A stretch of 64,000 bases of DNA from an uncultured Methanomicrobiaceae archaeon (GTDB taxonomy: Archaea > Halobacteriota > Methanomicrobia > Methanomicrobiales > Methanoculleaceae): the NCBI GenBank assembly GCA_963826525.1, contig CAWGXH010000003.1:224001-288000 (forward strand), read 5' to 3'. The position numbers were made by a program, and so were the translations under genes. Within the stretch, counting starts at the first letter, position 1; each line of letters begins with the position of its first letter. The notes beneath the pieces were generated by a model, which saw only the letters and a list, made by a program, of their open reading frames with translations, was not told the DNA's origin and searched no databases. Shown one piece after another: positions 42,597 through 52,379 of the stretch.

Positions 42597-43925
42597 ATGT
42601 CCCCGGATGCCGTCTCAACACTCCTCATGAGGATAGAACAGGATAATGTCCGGTTTTTACGCCTCCAGTTCACCGATCTCCTCGGCATGCCGAAGAACGT
42701 CGCAATCCCCGTAAGCCAGGCGGAGAAAGCGCTGACCGACGGCATCGGGTTCGACGGCTCCTCGATCGAGGGGTTCGCCCGGATAGAGGAGTCCGATATG
42801 CTCTTAAAGCCCGACCCCGCGACCTACACGATCCTCCCGTGGCGGCCGCACGAGAAGGCGGTCGCCCGGTTCGTCTGCGACGTGACCGGACCCGACGGCA
42901 GACCGTTCGCGGGCGACCCGCGCTATATCCTCCGGAAGGCGATGGAGGATGCGGGGAAGGACGGCTACACCTTCAACACCGGCCCGGAACTTGAGTTCTT
43001 CCTCTTCAAGATGGTCGACGGCAGGCCGACGACCGCCTTCCAGGATGTCGGCGGCTACTTCGACCTTGCCCCGACCGACCTTGCCGAGAACGTCCGCAGC
43101 GAGATCATCATCGCCCTCGAAGCGATGGGCTTTGAGATCGAGGCATCCCACCACGAGGTCGCCGAGAGCCAGCACGAGATCGACTTCAAGTACAGCGACG
43201 CCCTGACGACCGCCGACCGCGTCATGACCTTCAAGTTCGCCACCAAGACGCTGGCGCTCATGGCCGGTCTGCACGCGAGTTTCATGGCAAAACCGATCTA
43301 CGGCATCTGCGGCAGCGGCATGCATGTGAACTGCTCGCTCGCAAAAGACGGCAAAAACGCCTTCTATGATCCGGACGGCTGGCAGAGGCTCTCCGAGACC
43401 TGCATGCACTTCATCGGCGGCGTCCTCTCCCACGCAAAGGCGATCACCCGCGTGGCGAACCCGACGGTCAACTCCTACAAACGGCTGGTGCCCGGTTACG
43501 AGGCGCCGTGCTACATCAGCTGGAGCACGAGCAACCGGTCGACGCAGGTCCGCATCCCCGCACCCCGCGGCAACAGCACCCGCGCCGAGTTCCGGAGCCC
43601 CGACCCGACCTGCAACCCCTACCTGACGTTCGCCGCGCTCCTTGCGGCGGGCATGGACGGCGTACGAAACCGGATCGAACCCCCGGCGCGTACCGACTCG
43701 AATATCTTCCACATGACCGCTGCCGAGCGGCAGAAGGCAGGGATCGAGACGCTGCCCGGAAACCTCTACGAGGCGCACCAGGCGCTCCTCGCCGACGACG
43801 TCGTCTGCAGGGCGCTCGGCGGCCACGTCGTCGACGCACTCACCTGCATCGCCGAGCTCGAGTGGGACTCGTTCCGCACCGCAGTGCACCCCTGGGAACT
43901 CGACCGCTACCTGGCTACCTACTAA
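42597..43925 (+). CDS. glnA: Glutamine synthetase type I
   Basis: FDGSSIEGF, GPELEFF, HHEVA..QHEI, FMAKP..GSGMH, NSYKRLVPGYEAP, EFRSPD. Confidence 0.96.
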   Translation: MSPDAVSTLLMRIEQDNVRFLRLQFTDLLGMPKNVAIPVSQAEKALTDGIGFDGSSIEGFARIEESDMLLKPDPATYTILPWRPHEKAVARFVCDVTGPDGRPFAGDPRYILRKAMEDAGKDGYTFNTGPELEFFLFKMVDGRPTTAFQDVGGYFDLAPTDLAENVRSEIIIALEAMGFEIEASHHEVAESQHEIDFKYSDALTTADRVMTFKFATKTLALMAGLHASFMAKPIYGICGSGMHVNCSLAKDGKNAFYDPDGWQRLSETCMHFIGGVLSHAKAITRVANPTVNSYKRLVPGYEAPCYISWSTSNRSTQVRIPAPRGNSTRAEFRSPDPTCNPYLTFAALLAAGMDGVRNRIEPPARTDSNIFHMTAAERQKAGIETLPGNLYEAHQALLADDVVCRALGGHVVDALTCIAELEWDSFRTAVHPWELDRYLATY

Positions 43926-43957
43926 TCCCCTTTTTTCGTCGACGCCATGCCCGGTCT

Positions 43958-45250
43958 CTACCGGACGAACCCTTTCCGCCCGGCATACCGGGCTGCATCG
44001 CCCGCCGCCTCCTCGATCCGGAGGAGCTGGTTGTACTTCGCCACCCGCTCGCCCCGTGCCGGCGCCCCGGTCTTGAGGTGGCCGGTCTGCATGGCGACGG
44101 TGAAATCGGCGATGAACGTATCGACGGTCTCGCCGCTCCGGTGCGAGACCATCGCACCCCAGCCATTCGCTTGCGCCAGCCGGACGGCGGCGATCGTCTC
44201 GGTGACGGTTCCGATCTGGTTCGGCTTGATCAGAACGGCGTTTGCGGCGCCTTCCCGGATGCCCCGCTCGATCCGCTTGACGTTCGTCACGAAGAGGTCG
44301 TCGCCGACGAGCTCCACCCGATCCCCGATCGTCTCGGTCAGCAGGCGCCAGCCGTCCCAGTCGTCCTCGGCGAGGCCGTCCTCGATGACGATGACGGGAT
44401 AGGCGTCGGCGAGCTCACGGTAGCGGTCGACCATCTCCCCGGCGGTCAGGGTCAGCCCTTCGGTCCGGAGTTCGTACGCGCCGCCGTGGTAGAAACTGCT
44501 CGATGCCGGGTCGAGGGCGATCCCGACCTCTCTGCCGGGGGCGTAGCCCGCCCGCTCGATCGCTGCCGCGATCAGGTCGAGCGGTTCGGTGTTCGAGGAG
44601 ACCGTAGGTGCGAACCCGCCCTCGTCGCCGACGCCGGTGCTGTAGCCTTTCTCTTTCAGGAGACTTTTCAGGGCATGGTAGATCTCGGCGCCCCAGCGGA
44701 GCGCCTCGGCGAAGGTGGGTGCGCCGTAGGGGGCTATCATATACTCCTGGAAATCCGGCCCCTGCCAGTTCGCGTGCACGCCCCCGTTCAGGATGTTCAG
44801 CATCGGGACCGGGAGGAGCGGGTGTGCAGGGTCGCCCAGGTACTCCCAGAGCCGGCGGCCTTCTGCAACGGCGGCAGCCCGGGCGACCGCCATCGAGACC
44901 GCAAGGGTGGTGTTGGCGCCGAGGTTCTGCTTGTTCTCCGTTCCGTCGAGCCGGATAAGCGCCTCGTCCACCGCCTGCTGCTCGCGGGCGTCGAGCCCCG
45001 CCAGGCGATCCCTGATCTCGCCGTTGATCAGGCTGACAGGCCGCTGCACGCCCTTGCCGCCGTACCGGCCGGGCACACCGTCCCGGAGTTCGATTGCCTC
45101 ATGAACGCCGGTGGACGCACCGGAGGGCGATGCGGCGCGGGCGAACGCCCCGCAGGCGAGCGTGACCTCCGCTTCGACGGTCGGGTTGCCGCGGGAGTCC
45201 AGGATCTCCCGGGCATGGATCGATCGGATGGTTGTGTCAATCTCGGTCAT
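43958..45250 (-). CDS. eno: Enolase (phosphopyruvate hydratase)
   Basis: [54 protein letters not shown]. Confidence 0.96.
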   Translation of the reverse strand: MTEIDTTIRSIHAREILDSRGNPTVEAEVTLACGAFARAASPSGASTGVHEAIELRDGVPGRYGGKGVQRPVSLINGEIRDRLAGLDAREQQAVDEALIRLDGTENKQNLGANTTLAVSMAVARAAAVAEGRRLWEYLGDPAHPLLPVPMLNILNGGVHANWQGPDFQEYMIAPYGAPTFAEALRWGAEIYHALKSLLKEKGYSTGVGDEGGFAPTVSSNTEPLDLIAAAIERAGYAPGREVGIALDPASSSFYHGGAYELRTEGLTLTAGEMVDRYRELADAYPVIVIEDGLAEDDWDGWRLLTETIGDRVELVGDDLFVTNVKRIERGIREGAANAVLIKPNQIGTVTETIAAVRLAQANGWGAMVSHRSGETVDTFIADFTVAMQTGHLKTGAPARGERVAKYNQLLRIEEAAGDAARYAGRKGFVR

Positions 45251-45469
45251 ACGTATCATCTCCATGATCTTCTGTCCGGCTGATGAGAGCGAGCGCCCTG
45301 ATCGGCGGCCGGATATCTTCAAGCCCCGCTCTGTCCCCGATGGTCGGGCGGCAAGGTGCTCGAGGAACGCGGGTGTCTCTTCGGGGTTATTAAAGTAACC
45401 GACCGTCCGGGTCCCCGCACCGCAGGGGGGACGGCTCGACCCCGGACATGCTGCAGGGGTCTTCCTCGC

Positions 45470-45740
45470 TCGCGGCTGCTGTTCCGGTTGAGCAATGGGC
45501 ACAATCCGCAGTCCGGGCAGAACCCGCCAGAAAACCACCCTCACAGAAGCCCGCAGACGGCCGATCTCGAGGCGGGGCAGGGTATCCATCCTCTAAAAAT
45601 TACTGCCGCTCATACGGCCATTATAACCCCGTGATCCTTTCGTATTTCAGGAATCGGGCTGTTATACGCCGGGGAATGCTTTTGCCGGGATCTGCCCTCA
45701 GAAACCTGCGTTAAAACGGGAAAAGAACGTTATTTCTGCG
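45470..45740 (+). repeat. Dispersed non-coding repeat, module B, copy 2
   Basis: CCCTCACAGAAGCCCGCAGACGGCCGATCTCGAGGCGGGGCAGGGTATCC...AAAATTACTGCCGCTCATACGGCC. Confidence 0.85.
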
Positions 45741-45791
45741 TTTTTCCGGACGGAGAGAGGGGCGTCTCCCCCACCCTGACGCCGGCACGCC

Positions 45792-47651
45792 TTATCCTTT
45801 GCGAACCCGGTACATCCCCTTCGGCACCCGGATCTCGAACGTTGCGCCTTTCCTCGGGATGCCGGTCTCAGTGATCTCAATGCCCGTGATCGACAGGATC
45901 TCCCGTGAGAGGAAAAGGCCAAGCCCCGTGTTCTTCCCAAACCCCTTGGTGAATAATCTTTTCTTGTCTTCAGCGGAGATGCCCACCCCGTTATCCTCGA
46001 ACGTGATCGTCAGGGCGTCATCCTCTTCGCGGGAGCCGACCGAGATCGCAGTCATCCCATCGCCCCCATACCGGAGGGCATTATCGAGAAGATTATAGAA
46101 TACCTTTTGAAAGAGTGGGTCTGCGTACACTTCGCAATCGGTGCGGTCGATCGTCACGCAAACCCCCTGTAACGGCAGACCGGCCGCTGCCTGGAGGAGG
46201 CTTTCACTGACATTCTGCCATTTGGGGGCATGGTTCCCGAGCTCCTGATACTCCCGGGTGAATTCTATCTGCCGCTGAATTGTCCTTGCGGCCTGCAATT
46301 CACGCTCAATGAATACTCGCCGCCCCGGATCGGTCTCATCGTCAAGGGCTATTTCAAGGCTTCCGAGCAGCACCATCAGTTGATTGAGGATGTCGTGCCG
46401 GGTGATATTCGACAAAAGGCCGAATTTCCTGTTGGCGAGGGCAAGGGTGTCTTCCGTACGCTTAAGGTCGGTGATATCCGTCACAAAGAGCAGTACTCCC
46501 GTGACCTTTCCGTTTTTATTCTTCAAGGGCACCTTGTCGGTCCGCACCCAGAGCGTCTCCCCGCCGGCTGTCTGCATCTGCTCGATAATACCGATCTTCG
46601 GCTCTCCGGAACGGATGACCTCGAGATCATCCCGGTAATACTTCTCCGCCGTCTCGGGAAACAGGTCGTCGGCGCTCTTTCCCTCGATCTCTCCGATTGA
46701 GAGCCCGAACGCATGCGCTGCAGCCGGGTTGACCCGGATGAATGTATTGTTCAGGTCCTTATACCAGATCATTGCAGGAGCGTGATCGATGATCTCCGAC
46801 AGGTCTTCGGAAAGCGTATGGAGTTCTTCCTGTTTCTGCTTCAGCTCCCGGAAGAGGAGGTCGAACGGGCGTCTCAGGCCGACTACCACGAACGCCCGGT
46901 AGAACAGGTAGACTGAGACGAGCCGGAACAGGTGTCCCAGCATGTTCATAAACCCGTATACGCTGACATACGAAGTAAATGACAGTTCTCCGAGGATAAG
47001 GAAGATCAGGGCGGCGATCACCAGTTTCCAGACGCGTCCTTCAAACGACTGCCGTTTCAGGACGAGAACGACAACCGATGCGAACAGGATAAGCGAGATG
47101 ACGTACTCGCTGACGATCTTAAACGGAGTGAGCCCGCTCCCTTCGATGAAGCTGGAGGGGAACGTATGCCAGAGAAATATACTCGCCAGAAGCAGTCCGC
47201 AGGCAGTCGCACAGGCGGTAACAATAATTGCGGTATCATATCTCCGGTCCCTGGTGAGAGTTCTCCCGATAAAGAGCGTGGCGACGAAGAACGTTACGCT
47301 CTGGAAGTACCGGGCTGCTATCCAGAGCTGGGTGGGAAGGTCGGGACTGTTTCCAGGGAAGACCCCCATTCCTTTATAGGCAAGCGTATGGATCAGGTCG
47401 AGACCGCCGATAAAGAGGAAGGAGATGCCGAGGATGAGGAAGAACGTATTCGTGACGGCTCGCCGGGTATTCCAGACCAGGATAAATATTGAGAATGCGA
47501 CGGCTATACCGGCAAATTCTACAATGCTGTGAAAGAGGAGGTAGTTCCGGAGGCTTATCAGGTACAGAGCGAACAGGATCGCGGCGCCGATCACGACCTG
47601 AATTATCAGGGAGGCCTGCTGGTTCGCAATGCGGTGGTTACGTGCATTCAT
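45792..47651 (-). CDS. Membrane MASE3-PAS histidine kinase
   Basis: YLLFHSIVEF, DLIHTLAYKGMGVF, TQLWIAARY, GLTPFKI.SEY (MASE3); ITRHDILN H-box; NTGLGLF. Confidence 0.92.
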   Translation of the reverse strand: MNARNHRIANQQASLIIQVVIGAAILFALYLISLRNYLLFHSIVEFAGIAVAFSIFILVWNTRRAVTNTFFLILGISFLFIGGLDLIHTLAYKGMGVFPGNSPDLPTQLWIAARYFQSVTFFVATLFIGRTLTRDRRYDTAIIVTACATACGLLLASIFLWHTFPSSFIEGSGLTPFKIVSEYVISLILFASVVVLVLKRQSFEGRVWKLVIAALIFLILGELSFTSYVSVYGFMNMLGHLFRLVSVYLFYRAFVVVGLRRPFDLLFRELKQKQEELHTLSEDLSEIIDHAPAMIWYKDLNNTFIRVNPAAAHAFGLSIGEIEGKSADDLFPETAEKYYRDDLEVIRSGEPKIGIIEQMQTAGGETLWVRTDKVPLKNKNGKVTGVLLFVTDITDLKRTEDTLALANRKFGLLSNITRHDILNQLMVLLGSLEIALDDETDPGRRVFIERELQAARTIQRQIEFTREYQELGNHAPKWQNVSESLLQAAAGLPLQGVCVTIDRTDCEVYADPLFQKVFYNLLDNALRYGGDGMTAISVGSREEDDALTITFEDNGVGISAEDKKRLFTKGFGKNTGLGLFLSREILSITGIEITETGIPRKGATFEIRVPKGMYRVRKG

Positions 47652-47909
47652 TGGGGGGCTCGCGACTCCTCAAAACGCAGGAATGTGTGTATGCCTGTTC
47701 ATTTGCTTGCGATCCCGCCAGGAGAGCAGATACCGGATTGATCCGGTATAGGCGGGACTATCGGATAGTCACTGGTTGAAAGCGTGAGGCGATAAGTTTT
47801 GTGTGTATGCAGGATTACCGGACGTCAGGAGGAGCAGATCTACGAACGGAGCGATCAGAGTGGGGCGTTTTCGTTCAGGCGGTGCCTCGGGGTGCCCCCC
47901 GCCGACCGG

Positions 47910-48110
47910 AACCACGTGGGCGGCGGACTTCCTCACCGGGGGTGGTGGGGAGCCCCCTTCTTTCTCGGGCGGTGTGGCCGGGCGAGCTTCTCTGCTCCCG
48001 CTGGTTCTTCCCGGTGCCCGGACCTCCGGCGCCCTCACTCGCTCGGCACGGCCTTGCAACGCGTCCGGCTGCTCCTGCCCGCCGCTCGCATCACCGGCTT
48101 CGCCCGGGCA
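47910..48110 (+). repeat. Dispersed non-coding repeat, module A, copy 2
   Basis: Aligns with the reverse complement of 2340-2550. Confidence 0.85.
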
Positions 48111-48264
48111 TGCTCGCGGTTGTTGATTGGCCGCATGATGCTGTTAACCCGTTCTATCCGCTGAAGGGCCAGGGAAACGAGGCCATCGCCACGGACTGCC
48201 CTCCTCCGGGGAGGAGGGCTAACACTCGGCTTACCTGTGCGGGAGTTTACCTTCAGACTCAATG

Positions 48265-48530
48265 CGGTGCCGGTCAAGCAACCCTCAAATACCCGCAATT
48301 CCGGCAAGATTCGCCGGAAAAACTACCCTCACAGAAGCCCGTAGACGGCCGATCTCGAGGCGGGGCAGGGCGTACATCCCCTCAAAACTACTGCCCCTCA
48401 TAGTGCCCTCATATCCCGGGGATTCTGCCGTATTTTAGAAATCCAGGCGAGATTCTCCAGGTTGCATTCCCGCCGAAACCCGCTATCAGCAATCAGCGTT
48501 AAAATTGGGAAAAGACTGTAGTTTGTCCAT
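48265..48530 (+). repeat. Dispersed non-coding repeat, module B, copy 3
   Basis: CCCTCACAGAAGCCCGTAGACGGCCGATCTCGAGGCGGGGCAGGG...AAAACTACTGCCCCTCATA. Confidence 0.85.
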
Positions 48531-48549
48531 ATTTCAGGTGGGGGTCGCC

Positions 48550-49434
48550 TCACGCCAGATCGTTGCGCCGGAGGAACTCCCGGATCGCCCGGGACTCCAC
48601 CCATCCCTCGTCGAGCTGTTTGATGATCTCGTTTATGCGCCGCACCTGCTCCCGGATACTCGCGGCGGTCTTCGCGTCGTCGAGCAGATCCGCCCGGGCC
48701 ATGATCACCTGGAGCGGGTGGCGGATATGGTCGCCGAGGATGGCGAACTGCTCCATATTCTGTTCGATCTGGGTATATGCCTGCCGCCGGATCGCCTCGT
48801 AGTGCCTCTGTTCGGTGATATCGTACATGATGCCGTGGCTCGATACGGCGCGGCCGGCAGCATCGTAGATGAACCTGCGGATCGAGTGCATCCAGCGCTC
48901 TTCGCCGCCGGGCAGGCACACCCGGTAATCCATCACGAAGTCCTCCCGCTCACGGATGCTTCGATCGATCTCCTCGACGGCGTGCCGGCGATCAGCGGGG
49001 TGCAGCCGATCGAGCAGGGCGGTCATACCCGGCTCGACGCTCCCGGGCGCATATCCTAACAACTCGAACTGCCGGAGATTCCACTGCGTCCTGTCGTTCT
49101 CGAGATCCCAGAACGATACCCCGGCCTGCATGGCATCCAGTGCCAGTGCCATCCGATCCTGGTCTCTGCGCAGTTCGTCCTCGGCGTGCTTATCTCCGGT
49201 GACGTTGCTGACGACGGCGACCGCGCCGACCGGCACCTGGTCGATCACCGTCCGCAGTATGGCACGCTCGGTATCGACCTCATCCCGGAGCCGTTCGCAT
49301 TCCCGTTCGGCGTTCCGGGCGCGTTTTTCGAGTGCGTCGATGAGGCGGCGATCGGCAGGATCAACCCGTGCCCGTAGCCCCTGCAGGGTGTCGTGCAGTT
49401 CCTCGCCTGCGCGTATATCGCCTGACCCGTTCAT
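48550..49434 (-). CDS. PAS protein ending in a HisKA-like helix pair, no ATPase domain
   Basis: PAS_3 (LHPADR) then QIEQNMEQFAILGDHIRHPLQVIMARAD...GWVESRAIREFLRR*. Confidence 0.82.
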   Translation of the reverse strand: MNGSGDIRAGEELHDTLQGLRARVDPADRRLIDALEKRARNAERECERLRDEVDTERAILRTVIDQVPVGAVAVVSNVTGDKHAEDELRRDQDRMALALDAMQAGVSFWDLENDRTQWNLRQFELLGYAPGSVEPGMTALLDRLHPADRRHAVEEIDRSIREREDFVMDYRVCLPGGEERWMHSIRRFIYDAAGRAVSSHGIMYDITEQRHYEAIRRQAYTQIEQNMEQFAILGDHIRHPLQVIMARADLLDDAKTAASIREQVRRINEIIKQLDEGWVESRAIREFLRRNDLA

Positions 49435-49475
49435 CAATCTCCCTCGCCTAGTTTTTCGATCTTCACTGCCATCCC

Positions 49476-51725
49476 TCATGACCCTTCCGCTTCGGGTGTG
49501 GTGCCCTTCGCACAGCCGTGATCTGCCTGCCGGAGCGTAAACCGGAACGCCGCCCCTTCCTCGGGGCGGCCGGCCGCCCGGTCGTCGACCCAGATCGTTC
49601 CGCCATACCGTTCGACGAGGATGCGGCAGATGTAGAGCCCGAGCCCTTCACCCTTCCCTCGGGCTCTGCCCCGCTCGAACCGGTGGAAGATCGCCTCCTT
49701 CAGATCGTCCGGCACGCCCGGGCCGGTGTCCTCGACCGAGACCCGGACGGTTCCGTCCTCACGCTCGACCCGGATGGTGATTTCGGCATCCTGACCGCCG
49801 AACTTGACGGCGTTCCCTATCAGATTCGTAAAAATGGCCGGCAGAAGGCCGTCCGCCAGCACCTTGACTACGAGGCCGTCGTAGCAGATCGTGACACCCG
49901 GAAATGCAGTGATCTCAGTCCGGATGACGGCATCGAGATCTACCGGGGAGAGGATGGCCGACTCTGTGCGGATCTTGCGAATCGTATCGACGTTTGCGAG
50001 GATCTCGGTGCTTCTCCGGATGGCGTCCCGCAGTTTCCGGGCATAGAGCCACTGATCGCCGGCGAGCACGTCGGCCAGGAGATCGGCGTATACGCTCGAG
50101 ACGTTGTTTGCATTCCTGATATCATGGGTCATGATGTCGAGGTAGAGGTTCGCCTCGCCGTGCGCTTCCTTGAGCTGCCGGACCAGGCGGATGAGATCGG
50201 TCGTGCGGTGCTCCAGTGCCGCCTCGGCCTCTCTGCGCTCGTGAATATCCTCTACCATCCGGATGAGGTGTCGCGGATGCCCGTCTGCGTCCCGGACGAG
50301 GGTGGCGGTCAGGTGCCCCCAGAATACGTAGCCGGTCCGGGTGACGTAGCGCTTCTCTATCTGGTAGCGGTCTCGCTTCTCCGCGACCAGCTCTTCAAAG
50401 AGGGCCTCTTCGGCGGCGTGATCTGCAGGGTGCGAAAAATCGGTGAAGTGCATGCCCGAAAACTCATCGGCACGGTACCCGAGCATATTGCGGAGTGCGG
50501 GATTACTGTCGACCAGGTACCCCCCGAGATCCGTGATCCCTATGCCGATGCCGGCATTCTCGTAGATACCCCGAAACCAGGCCTCGCTCTCGCAAAGAGC
50601 CCTCTCTGCCGCTTTCTTCTCGCTGATGTCACGGATGGTGGCGGATGCGCCGCTCACCCGCCCCGACGCATCCCGGATCGGTGCGATGGTGAACGAGACG
50701 GCGATCTCCGTGCCGTCCTTTCGCCTGCGGACGGTCTCCGTCTGCTCGATCGATTGCCCTGCTATAAGCCGGTCGATGAACGACCGCATCTCGTCCTCGA
50801 GCCCGGGAGGGGTGAGGATCGATGCCGGCCGGCCGACGATCTCGTCGGCCGTATAGCCGTAGATCAGTTCGGCCCCGCGGTTCCAGCTGGTGACGATCCC
50901 GCTGCGGGATATGCCGACGATGCCGTCATCCGATGCCTCGACGATCTCCGCCAGGTGCAGCCGCCGCATCTCCGCATGCTTCCACGCCGTGATCTCCCTG
51001 AGATACTCAAGATGCTGTCCGGGCAGAATATTCGCAACAACCCGCCACTCAACCCAGAGGTGTCTTCCGTCGCTCCGGACGAACTCATACTCCCCGCAGA
51101 GCTCCCCTGCCGCAAGAGATCTCTTCCAGAACTTCCGGGCAGTATCCCGCTCCGCGGCCGGTACGAAGTCAACGCTCGTCCGGGCGAGCAGGTCGTCCCG
51201 GGTGCACCCGAGGAGCGCACAGGCAGCCGGGTTGGCGTCGATGTGCCGGCCGGCATCGTCGGCGATCAGGATGGCGCCCGGTGCGCGGTCGAAGATCGCC
51301 CGGAGACGCGCCCCACCCTCCTCCGGCGGCTCCTTGCCGGTGATATCACCGACCTGGAGAAGCCTGCAGCCCTGCAACGGTTCCCTGTCGAGAACCCGCG
51401 TGGAGACGGCCATCAGGCGCAGCCCTCGGTCGCGCGTCTCTATCAGGCAGGTGGCCTCTGCAGACGCTGCCTGCTCACGAACTGCCCGGAAAATCGGCTC
51501 GATGCCGCCTCCATCCCGTATCCGCGGCACGAGATGCGCTTCGAGCAGTTCTATAATATCCGTCTCTCCCGGTTCGCCGTCCCGGATCGCCAGGATCTCC
51601 ATCAGCGGCCGGTTGATCAGGAGGATGCGGCCGTCCGGTGATGCGATGAGCAGCCCGGCGTCGATATCGTCGAAGAACGCGCAGGCGACGGCGCCCTGAC
51701 CGGAGAGGTGATTGGACGGCAACAT
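49476..51725 (-). CDS. Four-PAS histidine kinase
   Basis: Intact 749 aa; YLDIMTHDIRNANN, NLIGNA, DTGPGVP, GEGLGLY. Confidence 0.92.
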   Translation of the reverse strand: MLPSNHLSGQGAVACAFFDDIDAGLLIASPDGRILLINRPLMEILAIRDGEPGETDIIELLEAHLVPRIRDGGGIEPIFRAVREQAASAEATCLIETRDRGLRLMAVSTRVLDREPLQGCRLLQVGDITGKEPPEEGGARLRAIFDRAPGAILIADDAGRHIDANPAACALLGCTRDDLLARTSVDFVPAAERDTARKFWKRSLAAGELCGEYEFVRSDGRHLWVEWRVVANILPGQHLEYLREITAWKHAEMRRLHLAEIVEASDDGIVGISRSGIVTSWNRGAELIYGYTADEIVGRPASILTPPGLEDEMRSFIDRLIAGQSIEQTETVRRRKDGTEIAVSFTIAPIRDASGRVSGASATIRDISEKKAAERALCESEAWFRGIYENAGIGIGITDLGGYLVDSNPALRNMLGYRADEFSGMHFTDFSHPADHAAEEALFEELVAEKRDRYQIEKRYVTRTGYVFWGHLTATLVRDADGHPRHLIRMVEDIHERREAEAALEHRTTDLIRLVRQLKEAHGEANLYLDIMTHDIRNANNVSSVYADLLADVLAGDQWLYARKLRDAIRRSTEILANVDTIRKIRTESAILSPVDLDAVIRTEITAFPGVTICYDGLVVKVLADGLLPAIFTNLIGNAVKFGGQDAEITIRVEREDGTVRVSVEDTGPGVPDDLKEAIFHRFERGRARGKGEGLGLYICRILVERYGGTIWVDDRAAGRPEEGAAFRFTLRQADHGCAKGTTPEAEGS

Positions 51726-51999
51726 GTGATCGATCGGTTCTGCTTTTAGTGTGAGTATGCATCCCCCGGTTCAAGAACCTTCCCGCTGAGATGAGGGTGC
51801 CGGACCACGGAATAGCGTCCGACAGAACTTCCGGAACTCCTCGTCAGGGCGGCGATCCGGAGAGGTCGAATGCCCCGGGATTGCACATTTCCGTGGCTTT
51901 TATAATGATCGAGATGTTAATCCTGCCGGAGATGAAAGAGCGTCTCTTGAGAAGAACCTGAGGAAGATCCACGCGTTCATAGAGGCGAGAGCAGCCTCT

Positions 52000-52360
52000 G
52001 CGCAACAGAGAAGGGGCTCGTCGAGTGCACCGTCGTCGGGGAAGGCCCTCCGTTTCTCTGTTTTCACGGCGGGCACTGCGGCTACGACCCGTCGGTTATC
52101 GGTTTTGATATGGAGGTTAGGGCGGGATTCTCCTGTACCTGCCTCTCACGGCCGGGGTATCTCAAAACGCCCCCCTCCGCCGGAGAGTCCTTCGGCGAGC
52201 AGGCAGATGCTGTAGCGGTGCTGCTCGATCACCCCGGTATCACGACGGTGGGCGTGATCGGCGTCTCCACGTGCGGCGCCCCGGCTATGAGTTCGCAATT
52301 TGCTATCCCGGGAGAACGGCCGCCCGGATCGTCATCGACGGCATATCCGGAGCTTACACG
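52000..52360 (+). pseudogene. Alpha/beta hydrolase N-terminal fragment
   Basis: TEKGLVEC..GEGPPFLCFHGG..GYD...SRPGYLKTP...EQADA..LLD...VIGVSTCG; frameshifted and truncated against the convergent gene. Confidence 0.6.
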
Positions 52361-52379
52361 ATGCCTGGAAAGGGGAGAG

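Noticed and set aside
45251-45589. N-terminal extension of enolase in the ORF track
   Set aside because: Reads through repeat module B; enolase homology starts at ATG 45250.
22001-51641. Long + strand ORFs (22001-23704, 33696-35447, 35927-37591, 37634-39055, 43508-45283, 49518-51641)
   Set aside because: Mostly antisense shadows of GC-rich genes on the other strand; no recognisable motifs.
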